Position numbers and translations under genes: made by a program
Part shown: positions 12,152-24,000 of the stretch, piece after piece
Layout: each line of letters opens with the position of its first letter
Position numbering within the stretch: position 1 is the first letter of the stretch
DNA from: Callorhinchus milii
Taxonomy: Eukaryota
Assembly: GCF_018977255.1 (NCBI RefSeq)
Contig: NW_024704743.1
Location: 101,310,001 to 101,374,000 of the forward strand
Direction of reading: 5' to 3'
DNA: 64,000 nt
The notes under the pieces: model-generated
Database searches by the model: none
What the model was told of the DNA's origin: nothing
What the model saw: only the letters and a program-made list of their open reading frames with translations

Positions 12152-12224
12152 AATACATTTTCCTACTTGTTTGTCATTCCATTTTAATTAATGATCATAT
12201 TTCAGGCCTGTGGAGCTGAAACAG

Positions 12225-12340
12225 GTAAGTTTCTAATGTGTCTTTAAATAATGGGTATGCAGGTGACAGCAGGCAAGGCAACCTCTGATGAAGCACATAC
12301 AATTTTCCCTGAAACTAACTAACCTTTTCTTAATTCTCAG
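12225..12340 (+). other. Candidate short GT-AG intron preceded by a possible 19-nt micro-exon (12206-12224)
   Basis: cag|gtaagt donor, ctaactaac branch-like motif, pyrimidine tract and ctcag|g acceptor. Confidence 0.4.
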
Positions 12341-12719
12341 GTCTCCTATTTCCTCCATAGCAAGTTGCTGCTATTGAATGGATGTAAATTCCCTCTGATG
12401 GTGGTGACCTATTCTGCAAACACGCTTGTTTGATTGACAGGCCTGTGATATTCTTTGATTGACAGACCAATCCTGAAAAATCACCCTAAGGAAAGTTACT
12501 TTATTTTTGAACACACATTTCAGGTGCTCAGTTCACAAACACCAGGCCAGTTTGATTTTCAAGTCAATGTCAAACACCCAGTATTGGAGCCCTGGGGTCT
12601 TGCTCTCCCGCTCTACCAAACTTTCTATTAAGCAAAAGCAGCAGGCGAGGGTAAATTGGCCCAGAAGGTTCAGGTCAGTTCCACAGGAGCAGTAATATAA
12701 AATAAGGATCATCAGTCAG

Positions 12720-13330
12720 CTTCAAAGATGTAGCGCTCAGCATTTTCAAACAGATGTGTGAGCTGCATACACGTGCTTCATGTAGGAATCCATGCATCTT
12801 TTAAAAAATAAACGACACACTCCTGGTATCTGTGAGAAGTGGCAGTACATTCTAACACTTTTCTGCCAGCACTTTGAGTGACTCCGATAAAGTTCACTCC
12901 AGGTATCGTGGAGATAATTAACAGAGTTTGCCCTGTTTACACTGCACACCCACTAGGGTGCCTCTGACTGTTGATAACACTGTGGTGATGGACAGACACC
13001 AGCAGGATGACATCAAGCACGGCTGACGTCATCTTGTTAGCATTTGTTTCGTCAAGGAATAGCAATGCTTGCTGCGACAGACTCCGGAGATTGTTTACAC
13101 CTCCTCTCCTCCAGACTCACACTGGCACCAAACCTTTTAAGAGGCAAATTTCTGTGCCAGTCAGGCTCCAGGCAGAGTGGATAATCAGGCGGTATCTGTG
13201 CTGCTTCAGGAGTTGGAATCCACAAGCACATCTGTTTGCTTAAGTGTGTCCAATCCATACTTAAGAGCGCAGAACGTGCCATATATACATGGACATTTCT
13301 GTTTGTCTGGAGTGCTTGCTTCCTGCCTAC
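12720..13330. promoter_or_regulatory. Candidate enhancer
   Basis: Repeat-free with retained CpGs. CRE TGACGTCA 13024-13031, forkhead TGTTTAC at 12934 and 13092, E-box CACGTG at 12770. Confidence 0.35.
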
Positions 13331-13887
13331 AGATTCACTTTGAATAATTTTACAGAACCTAACATTTACTTTCGATGCTGGACATAAAGCAATATTATTC
13401 AAATTTAAAACGTGCGACAACAAACAACAAATTACATTTGTACAGCACCTTTCAACAACAACAACAACAACTTGGATTTATATAGCGGCCGGCATCTCAT
13501 GTCGGGAGGATATCCCAAGGCGCTGGAAATAATATTGAGTACAGAATGTAGCTTTGAAGATGGGAAGAATTGTCTTTCATGTGGCTGTTTAGCACTTGTA
13601 ACTTACGAATACACAGTCACTCCACTTTACAGTAAATCTTGTGAAGTGCTGTGTTCCAGTATCAGTTTAGACTGTGAGTTCAGATTCCTGACATGGGGCT
13701 TGAACCTACAACATTCTGACTCCCTCAGTAATGCACTGGAGGCATGAGCTCAAATTTGCAACCTTCAGATCTAGAGGTAAGTGTGATATTCTACAATCAG
13801 ATGACAAATTAAGAACGGTTCCAAAATCAGTGATACACTATCTGCTTGCCACAAGTCATGGGATTGTGGCTTGATACCTTAATAGAG

Positions 13888-14204
13888 TGGAGTCCTGTAG
13901 CTCAGTGGTTAGAGGACTCGCCTTGTAAGTGAGACACCTGGGTTCAATTCCAGGCAGGACGAAACCTTGGGCAAGTTTCCTTACTCCACACACCTAATAA
14001 TAATCCCTCCAAAACAAAACAATAATACATTGGTCATTTTCAATCCATGACTGTTTATGGGACATCGCTGTGGACAATTGGCTGCTGCGTTTCGCCCATA
14101 AATATATGGTCAATTCACTTTACAGTCTATTCTGTGAAGTGCTTTGAGATGTCGAGAAGACGTGGAAAGCGCTATATCAAATGCAAGGATTATTAATATT
14201 ATTA
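13888..14204 (+). mobile_element. tRNA-derived SINE (family A, SINE2-1_CM-like), full length
   Basis: A box tagctcagtgg, B box ggttcaattcc, ccttgggcaagt, Deu-like block, tail atcaaatgcaagga(tta)n. Confidence 0.9.
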
Positions 14205-14365
14205 TAATCCTTGCATTAGATATATCGCCTGATCACATCTTTGAGACGTCTCAAAACGTTTCACAGAGATTCCTGTAAAGTGAATTGCCTGTATATTTTG
14301 TGGGAGAAATGAGGCAGTCAATTGCGCACAGCAGTGTCCCATAAACAGTCGTGGATTGAGTGATC
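14205..14365 (-). mobile_element. Family A SINE 3' half, tail-to-tail with the preceding copy
   Basis: taatccttgcattagatatatcgcc...caattgcgcacagcagtgtcccataaacagtcgtggattga. Confidence 0.85.
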
Positions 14366-14574
14366 AATTTTTAAAATAATTTTGAAAGGAATATTATTAA
14401 CCTTGATATCTTTACATTTGTTGAGTTCACCCAAGTTGAGAAAAGCCCGAAACTGTACTCAAAGCAGCGCTGGGAGGCAAATCGTTAATTTTAGGTTTGG
14501 GGAATAGGGAAAAAACTTCCTCTCATCATGATGATGCCAACCGTGCAAGGGAAGCCCATATCAGGAATAGGATG

Positions 14575-14706
14575 TTATTAGAATAGAATAGAAACACACA
14601 CTCTTCCTGGAAGGATGCACCCTCCTCACCTAATTCTATAAAGTATTCGGCTCAGGGTGGCAAGAGCTACGGCTTAGGTACTGCTGGAGTTTAACCAGCA
14701 TAGCTT
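14575..14706. repeat. Unclassified dispersed repeat, partial copy 2
   Basis: ggatgcaccctcctcacctaattctataaagtatt...ggtactgctggagtttaaccagc matches the 3113 and 39033 copies. Confidence 0.7.
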
Positions 14707-16253
14707 CGTGATGATAACATTTTGTCACCTGCTGTATCCAATGTGGCATTGTAGACTATATAATGCAGTTTAATCTCTTGTGATGTCTGGAAGATCCCAG
14801 AGCGGAAGGCTTGATAGCTGAAGCTACTTTCAGTCTTCCAGATGTCAAAGATGTTAAAGATGTAACGGATAACAGTGAGGATATGAATCTATACTTAGTC
14901 AATAATTTTCTCTTAACCTAATATATTTAATATACTGTGCATGTAATATCCTGCAAAGGTGCTCCCTTCTCTGGGTAAGGTAGAAGGAATTTCCGAGAGA
15001 TTTCCAGAGAGAGGTAACAGAGTAACTAAAGGCTCACCCACTGATGGTAGGAGCAGAGCGGGCATGGGACATGATACAGGCCAGAGTTAACAAAGCAGAG
15101 GGAGTGACCAGGGAAATAGGGTCATAAGCGATCAGACAGATAGGGTGGTGCAAGACTGACGATGCATTTAAATGTTTATTGGGCAACATGTAGAAATCTT
15201 TCAAAATTTAAGTATATCTTGTTTGTAAATGCAGAGCAGCATAATTACAAGTGCTAGACTTCAGGAAATGTAATACATTACACACAGCACTACATGTGTG
15301 GTATCATTAGCCCCGACTGAGTGATTCAGACAAACTGGGTGTAGAAGTCTCAATTGCAATCTTTTTATTTCTTTTTTGTCATTTCTTTCTTTCAAATTTT
15401 AATAAAAGATCCAATTCTGTCTTAATAATGCATTTAAATAATAATTAAATTTTAATTGTCTTGTAGCACCTAATCTTGTCCAAATATCTCAAAGTGTTTC
15501 ACAGGCAAATATTATAATGTATTTAACTCCCTATTTACTGTCAAGTGTAGTGACTGGTTTTGTAGAGAAATGCCATAGCTATTGCTCCAATAAGGACCCG
15601 CAAACATTTTAAATGTAAATGTCAAATTAATCTGGAGGATTGAGGGCCAGATCACCAGGAAGGAAAGAGTGACTGGGGAGTGAACTTGTCATGGGATCTT
15701 TAATGTCCACTTGAAATGGCTGATTGTGACTCCAAATAAAGAACTTTAATTTGGGATAAGGGATTTCCTGTGTTAAATCACCTTATTTAATCATAATAAT
15801 CCTTGCATTTGATGTAGAATCTTTCATGTCAGAAGGACATCTTAAACTGCTACACAGGATTTATTATAAAATGTAGTGACTATTGTTTTGTAGGTGAATA
15901 TGGCGGCCAATTTCCATCCACAATGTCCATGTAAAAGAATGTAAAACACTTATGTAGACTTAATAATAAATCAGGAAAACAAGTGTTTACAGTATTTTAT
16001 TACAGGGAAGTAGGCAGCTGATTGAAAGTAGTGACCTGTGAGGGATCAGAGGCTGGGCGCAATGCACTGAGTACCGATAAACGTTAATTAAAAAATATCA
16101 GTGCTAATTAAATTACCCTAATCCTAACCCAAACCCCGCCATCTCAAAATGTAAAGTGTAGTCCCTCTGTATTTGTAGACAAACACGGCAGCCAATTTAC
16201 ATACATCCATGTCCCACAAACAGCCATGAAGTGAATGACCAATCATGTTAGAC

Positions 16254-17011
16254 AGGGAGGTTGACTGGGGCAATACACCCCTATCACACTCTAATGGAGG
16301 AGTCGTGAGGTGAGTTTAGGGAGACAGAAACTCCCATGGAATAGAAAGGCAAAAGCTCATTTGATCTTGATTTTCAGTATGAATGCAGCCTCACGATCCT
16401 TCTGGTTTTTGGGGTTTTAAGCAGGAGGTGTCAGAAAAGTTATCACGGGGCTAACTGGCTTGAACAGCTAAGTAATCATAATATCACTTTTTGATCCTTT
16501 CGATGTCAATTCTTCCTATCAATGTGAAGCAGAATTCACTAAGCATTGGATTATTCACCCACTAATAGGGAACATAAAACAAAAACAGAAGTCGCCGGGA
16601 ACACTCAGCAGGTCAGGCACCATCTATGCAGAAAGGACAGTGAGTCAATGTTTCGGGTCCATGACAATTGATTAGAACTGAGGCATGTTGGGAGGGAGAG
16701 GCTTTTAAGGGCTAACAGAGAGGGGGGAGGCAAGGAAGACAAAGGAGAAAATGGTTGTAGAGAACAGGGGATGATGGTTTAAAGAGATATTAATGATGCA
16801 AAACAAAGGGGGGAATTGCAACAAAAGAGGCAGACCAGAGAGAGAAAAGGTGTGTCTGGGACCCAGATGATGTGGTAATGGTCACAGAAGAGGGGGAGGA
16901 GGAAGGTGAGTTGTTATGGTCTGAAATTATAGGGAACACGAGCTGGGTTTGGACTGTCGTGAGACAGGTTAGTTTTACATTACTGAGGATATGTTGATGC
17001 AATAGTAAACC
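16254..17011 (+). pseudogene. Decayed 28S rRNA fragment (domain V), split by an insertion at 16575-16928
   Basis: Recognisable LSU motifs: ttgactgggg, ggcaaaagctcatttgatcttgattttcagta, ttttaagcaggaggtgtcagaaaagtta, tgtgaagcagaattcac, ttcacccactaatagggaac | gagctgggtttggactgtcgtgagacaggttagtttta. Many substitutions and deletions. Confidence 0.95.
16575..16928 (-). mobile_element. Penelope-like fragment inserted in the 28S pseudogene, 10-bp TSD
   Basis: TSD atagggaaca at 16565-16574 and 16929-16938. Sequence matches the 6534 and 8479 copies (gggaacactcagcaggtcaggc...gtcaatgtttcgggtcc...ggcatgttgggagggagaggcttttaagggct). Confidence 0.85.
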
Positions 17012-18614
17012 TATCCATCAACAACTTGCATATATGTAGCGCCCTTCACGGCGGATGGCGTCTTGGAGCGCTTACATGGAATAGTTAGTGCACCAGAGAG
17101 ATAGGATTGAGATGGTCAAATTACCTTTCCTAATCCCTAATCCTAAAACTTCTCATGTTTTATGCAAGCAAAAACTTCATAAAGTATTCAAAGAACAGTT
17201 GCTCTTCCCAGTTATGCCTTGGTGGCACTATATAATTGCTACTTAACTACAAAACAGTCATTCCATTTCACAGTCATCACTTGTGAAATGGTCTGAGATG
17301 TTTTGGTGTACGGCACTCTGAAAATAGATGGTCTTTCTTTGTACCTCCACATCCAAATGCTAACTGACATTAACCATCATTTTTGTGTAATATGTGTACT
17401 TTGTTAAAAATACGGCCACTATCTTCTGGATAAAGTCCTCATTCATTCATGGCTGTTTGTAATAATAATATCATTGCATTTTGTATAATGCCTTTCACTT
17501 CAGGAGGAGGACATCCCAAAGCGCTTCATGGGATATACTGTAAAGTGCAGTGACTATTTTTTCTGTGAGTTACTTCCCATTTGCGGGACCTTCCAGTAAC
17601 TAAATTGGTCCCTGGATTTGCCTACAAATTCACAGTTGCCAACACTTGACAGCAAATATCTGTGAAGCATTTTGAGATGTTAAAAGCACTATACCACATG
17701 AAGGATTATTATAACAATGCTCACAATTTTAAAATCCTATTCCTACAAGTATCATCCAAGTTATCTTATGATGGCTTATCAAATGGACTACTGTGCTCCA
17801 CTGGGTGATGAAGCAGATTGGACAGATAATGGTTGAGATTCAACTTATGACTTGATCCTTGAAAAGAGTAATAAGGTTTGGGGAGATGTTGGCTTCAGCA
17901 GCTAGAGCAATCAATGTTCACCAAAGGCTAGAAACTGAAAATAACATCACATGTGGATACAACAACAAGATAACATTTGTATAGCGCCTTTCACGTCGGG
18001 AGGACATCCCAAGACGCTGGAAAGTGTACAGCATTTCAGGATGCCAAGAACCCAGAAAGTGGTTTGGGCTAAATTGGGCTAAAATTAAGCCTTCATGAAT
18101 GGCCTTGAAGAAACAATTTCCAACCAATATTTAAAATTGCATTTGAAGTTTGATAAAATAGATCAATGCAATGTGTTGCAGTTTCAAACTCAATCGAAAT
18201 CACTGACGCTCAACCAGGCAGTGAATTCTCACTATAATTCAGCTCTGCATTGAAATTTACTTGATGGCAAACCCGTGTTCATATTTATCAATATTTGTTA
18301 TGTAAAAAAAAATCAAAAATCCACATCACCTGTGCAATTGCAAAAGGCGTCTCAGAGTCAGCACAGGTCCTAAGAACCGCTGGAAACACTGGTGAGAGCA
18401 GTCACTGCTAGCTACCTGAATTCCTGTGTGCTGCACGCCTTAGTAACAATTATCTGATGTCCTAACCAGCAGCTTTTCTTTTAACATGGGACCTAAACTG
18501 CTGCCTTATAATGGGGCATGACTGGACTTGGTTGCCTAGAGGAAGTGAAGGATAGGCATACACTTTTGCAACTGATAGTTTTGTAAATGAACCAAATCCT
18601 GTGCATCTTTTGGC

Positions 18615-18995
18615 TGTCAGCTTTGCTCAGTTGGCAGCACTCTCACATCTGGCTCAGTAGGTTGTGAGTTCAAGCTCCGTTCTTTGATCTCACAGTTCAG
18701 TCTGACACTGTGAGCTAACAGGGGAGCACTGCGTTTGTTGGAGGTTCCATTCTTTGGTTGAGACATTAAACCAAGATCCTGTCTGTCCATTCTGGTGAAC
18801 ATTAAGGATCCCGTCACACAATTTGAAAAGAAAATGGAGTTTCTCCCAACAACCTGGCTAACAACCCTCCAGATTAATTGCTCATTTGCTTCATGGCAGT
18901 TGGTGGGACCTTTTGTGTGCAAAATTCCTGCAGTGTTTGTCTACAAATGTAGTCTTTTGACAGAAATATCTGTGAAGCACTTTGAGATCTTTTGA
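18615..18995 (+). mobile_element. SINE family B
   Basis: tgtcagctttgctcagttggcagcactctcac...gttcaagc, Deu-like block, tail tgtgaagcactttgagat. Confidence 0.8.
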
Positions 18996-19040
18996 CATTA
19001 TAGAGCTAGGATTGTGATTCTAACTATTCATATTAACTCT

Positions 19041-19056
19041 CCAGCAGGTGTCAGTG
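19041..19056 (+). promoter_or_regulatory. Candidate CTCF site
   Basis: CCAGCAGGTGTCAGTG is close to the CTCF core consensus CCASYAGRKGGCRS. Confidence 0.4.
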
Positions 19057-19869
19057 AATAGTGAGTATAGTAATAAGCCCGTCTGAATTTTCCTGCCTAG
19101 CTGAGGCGTAAGGTCATCCAGTTTAGTGTAAACGGGGTGTTATTACTTTCTGGTCTTTAAATTGTGGGGCAGGTTAGTGGCAGCCTGCCAATGAAAATAA
19201 CACCATATCCCAGGATGAATTATTGCTTTCAGGAAAGAGAAAATTGAGGAGAGGGATAATAAAATGATTAATTATTAACAGAAAGAGTCAGACAAAACTA
19301 CTTACAGAAAATGGTGAATTACTCAGCCAATCTCACTGGTGATTTTCGACCAAACAGGTGAGTAAGGAAGTTACACCCTGGAATAGGGGACTTTGAGCTG
19401 ATTAAAGCAATGTGACCAATCTTCTGTCCCATTTTACCCTATTCAGTTATATGACCTAATTTTATTAGAATAATAGGTTTGATTCTAAAGGTTGAAATAA
19501 CTCCCTGTCATCAGTTTTGGTGATTGAAATCAGATCCTATATAAAAATAAAAGGTGATGTTACAGAGTACATCTTATTTACGGTTTTCTGAGACTATCAG
19601 AACTCTGCACAGGAGCGAGCTGTAGGCAGCAAGTATCACAAGGTCGTACACGTGTTGCTCAGTGACGACTTTCCATACTTTGCTATCTGGAATGTAACAA
19701 GTACCAAGGTCGCTCTGTTCGCAAGCAGCAGATCGAGTGAAGAGATGAAATTTCATGGAGATTGTGGTTTTTGTCCAAGACACAACAGAAGCTTTGTAAA
19801 TGAGACACAGTGAGGGAGGTAGTCTGTAAACATGCACCAAATTTTTTTTTATTTTTACAATGGATTAGC

Positions 19870-20010
19870 GGCCTGAAATTCCACCTGGTCTTAGTTTGTG
19901 AAACCATTTTGTCTTAAAATGTAAGAGAGTGCAGAATTGTGGAAAATTCTTACTTTTAGACTTAATTTGGAAGTTGCATCTTTTTAAGAACTGTGGAAAC
20001 CTGCTTTCAG
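19870..20010. mobile_element. Palindromic MITE (family P), partial
   Basis: ggcctgaaattccacctggtcttag...aaaatgtaagagagtgcagaattgtggaa. Confidence 0.7.
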
Positions 20011-20334
20011 ATTCATAATAATCATCATTGGATTTGATACAGTGCCTTTCATCTCTGGAGGATGTCTCAAAGCACTTCACAGGATTGAGTGTAAAGTGTA
20101 GTGACTGTGTATATTATAATAATAATAATATTGTACATGAAGACAGCAGCAAATTTGCACCAGCAAAGTTAATGGCAAGAACATTAAGACATTGGTCTGT
20201 ACATCTAAAAACATGATAAATCTTAGGCACCTTCAGTTTAATGTATCAGTGCAACTTCAATACAGTTCCCACTAGATACGAGTACACTCAAAAATGTACT
20301 CAGACCTGGTCGAGAATATCGGGTTAGTAGATGG

Positions 20335-21050
20335 GTGTCATGCTGGCCCAGTTATTACTACGCTCACCTCTGAGACAGAAATTTATGAGTACAAGCCGCA
20401 TGTTGGGAACTCACTATCCAGGCTGACAAAACAAAACTGTCTCATTTACAAAGATTCTGTCATGTCCAATCTACTCAGATCCAAATCCCTGACTGTCCAG
20501 CACCTTGGGACATCCTCCCGTCTTGAACTGTGCTACACAAATTTGTTGTTATTGTTGTTTTGTTGTTATTGTTGTATCTTGGACAAAAATCGCAATCTCC
20601 ATGAATTTCACCTCTACGTTGTTGGAGGTGTCATCGTCGATGAGATGTTAAACCAAAGTCCCATCTGCCTGTCCAAGTGGATATTAAATATCTCATTATT
20701 CGAAAAATGAAGTGTTTCTCCGAGTGCCACAGGCAACAATTTCCTGTATAAAAATTAGTCATTCACTTCATGCCTGTTTGTAGAATGTTTTGCTGCGGGC
20801 AAATTGACTGTTCTGTCTGCTTACCATTTCCCCCTGCTCGGGTCCTGACCCAACTGTAAAGCGCCTTGGGACATCCTCCCGACGTGAAAGGCACTCTATA
20901 AATGAAATCTTGTTGTTGTTGTTGTTGCTTACAAAATACATAGTCACTTCTGAGGCTTCACTTCACTTTACAGTAAATCCTGTCAAGCACTTTGAGATGT
21001 CTTCACAACATGAAAAATGCTATATCAAATGCAAGGTTTATTATTATTAT
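20335..21050 (+). mobile_element. SINE family B interrupted by nested inserts
   Basis: Head 20335-20428, body resumes at ~20616 (gttggaggtgtcatc...gatgagatgttaaacc). L2 tails nested at 20461-20569 and ~20830-20927. Confidence 0.7.
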
Positions 21051-24000
21051 GACAGTACTGGCCAGTCCATTATTACTGGCTGGTAACTTGAAAGCGAATG
21101 AGCACTGTTTAGTTTGATTTGATGTTGTAATAAAGGCAAATGCCCAAACTAACAGTGAATGCAAGATTTTAGACAAGCAAGCCTTTGGGAATTGTGGGGG
21201 AAGTGAAATTAGGAAATAAAGAATGATTGCATGTTTTTAAGTGCATGTTAATGGATTGAAAAGTATGGGGCTTGGGAAATATATGTGATGTGATAATTCA
21301 CATAGAGAGATTACAAGGTTAAACGTGGCATCAAAATCTGTCCATAATGTGCTTTATGATAGATTCAGGATTGAACAGCATCACTCTCACTGCCCCCCAC
21401 CAGTTTGGCGCTGGTTAGTGGACCTCTTTCCACATGCTTAACTGAATGTGTGCCCAGCTCTCTTCAGCCTTGATAAGGGAAAGCTTGTTGCAGGTGGCAC
21501 ATATCAGGCTTCTGTCTCTGAATCTCTACTCCTTAAAGCAATATCAAATCACTAGGTGTTGCTCCTGCTTTAATTTATGCCCAGACCCTTATTCCAACAC
21601 AAACCATCCTTCTATCCTACTGAAGCTTTCACTATTATTCTGTATCATGTCAGTCCTGAGAGTATATATTTGATACATGAGAGGGAATGCCACGATATAT
21701 ACATATGTACTTAATAGTTCATTTAGTGACTTCTATAATTACAAAATGGTGTGTCAAAGAGATAGAGTGAAGAAAATCTTATACTCATATCAACATGTTC
21801 TCATTCTTACTACGTGTTTGACATGTTTAATTAGTCATTTCTAAAAGTTTGAGTATTCCTAAAGAGACATGAGCATTTGCAAACTGTTGTCTCAGTGTTA
21901 GACTATGTGGATTATCGATGAGAATGAGATGATGGCAGCAACCACAAGATGTAAATAATCTTCCAAAACCTCTTCTTTATACGGCTGAAAGGACGAATAC
22001 CCAGTGCTCCAATTTTTAGTTACAATATGATTATATAGCGCCTTCCACATTGGGCAGACGTTCTTTATAGGCAAACATCAATGATTGGGACCCAGCTTTT
22101 AAAACAAGAGTTTTTTTTAATATAACCATTAATGTAATGGAGCTGCACTGTATGTTGCCAAGTTTACCTTCAGTCGTTCTGGAGTACGAAACATCACCCT
22201 TCAGTTCATCCACAGTGTTGGTAAAATGTGGTTAAATTTACAGCAGTATTTGGAGAGAGAGAGAAATCTAGTCATGATGTTATCTCTCTGCCTGATAAAT
22301 TTTATATCAGACTGGACTGTGATAATGGCTTATCTCACTTAATTTAGCTCAGCACTGGTTGAATAAATAACATTTTATATTGAAGTTGCATGTTATTGTA
22401 CAAAAGAGCTGAATTGTACAATTCACAAGGTCTCTCCTCCCACTCACTTCACTGGGAAACAAAATGTTCCAGGGCTCCAAATTAACATTGGCGTATTACT
22501 AGACAGAGACCAGTACCTCTGGCAACCAACCAGTCAGAGTGGGTGTCTGACTAGTCTGATGGATCAGCCAATGTGTTCCAATACCATTACATTCTAACAC
22601 ACACAGAACCGATTTCGTCTGCAGCCTTTTATTAACCACCTCCAATAAACAGCTGCCTGTGTATCTAGTATGTTAAGTGTTACACTGTTAGACAATGATT
22701 TTTTTTACTGGTGACTTTTATCGGCTACCAGTCTTCCTATCTAGTGGCTCTGCAGTCTTTATCTTGAACCTTGGTGGTCTAATTCCTTTATTAAACAAGA
22801 TGACATTATCATCCCGCTATTGTTTGTTGCTTCAGTCACTGAATGCCCTGAAACCTTTTAAGATCTGAAAACGTTGACGACTCACCAATTAATCTTACAA
22901 CTAACACTCCCTGCAGGCCCTAAAAGTTTCGGTAAAACTTCAGATTTTAATGACTTTATGTAATGTCCCAAATTTCTGCCAATAAGGTTTTGCCACAAAC
23001 AAAGGCAATTGTTCAAAATTTACTCAAAATGTGTTACTGGGTCACTTATTCATTCTAATGTTTGAAGAGCTGTGTCGAGCATTCATGTAGAATTAACACT
23101 GTATGTCTGAAGATTCACATAACTTCTTGCATCATGTGTCCGGGATATTTTATGGAACATGATCCTGAAATAAGTGAGTAATTTAATTGTTCATATTGTA
23201 AAGTATTTAAATGTTGGACTTTTTGTGTTTGTCTTTTCATGCCATTCTGTGTTTGGGCATTTTAGGATTTACAGTTTTTTTTGGACGAAAAAAAGTTTGT
23301 TTTAAAACTGAGCTGAGTTCAAATGTCAGCAGTTCGGCATTTGCAGCCAGCAATCATAGTCAGTTTCACATACATGGCATTAAAACATGAGAGCTCCATG
23401 AGCAACTGGAGATAAATTCCCTTTTTGAGTGATCATCCCATTTTACAGGCAGGATAGGTCATGAAGGTGAAGTGTAAAGAGTATTATCTGCGGCATTTAA
23501 TGATAAATACACTTTTAATAGCAATTAAGATAAAGCAGTAATGTATTTATGTACTATCAGCTGCCATTTGTCATTTTCTATCTGATGGGGAGAAACATTG
23601 TACCTGAAACTATTTTGACAGTAAACTATCAAGATTGGGTGCAATTAAGTACTGCAGATATCTTGTAAATGATAAAGCTTAAATCATTTATCATAAAGTA
23701 ATTATATTATGATTTCCTATGGAACACTGATGCTCCATTATGTTGTTCTATGTAAAATCATAATTAAAGGATTTTATAGCCAGGTATTATACTGTATTAC
23801 CTATTTTTGATCTGCCTGAATTGAAGACATAGAAGTACATTAATATTATTTTTTTTACATTAATATCCAATCAAAATGAAACCACATCTACATCACAATT
23901 CAGCTTTCTGAATTAAATATATATATATTGAGAGAAATTGCTTACCTTAAAACTTGCCATCCTTTCAGATGCAGTGTAAAGATGTTATCCATGTATTTGG

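Noticed and set aside
16254..17011. Functional rRNA gene, or an R1/R2-type site-specific insertion
   Set aside because: It is a short, heavily mutated fragment with no 18S or 5.8S context. The insertion site is not the R1/R2 target region and the insert matches dispersed non-rDNA copies.
22470..22773. Possible hAT-like MITE (cagggctccaaattaa ... ttatcttgaaccttg)
   Set aside because: The TIR match is weak and no 8-bp TSD is visible.
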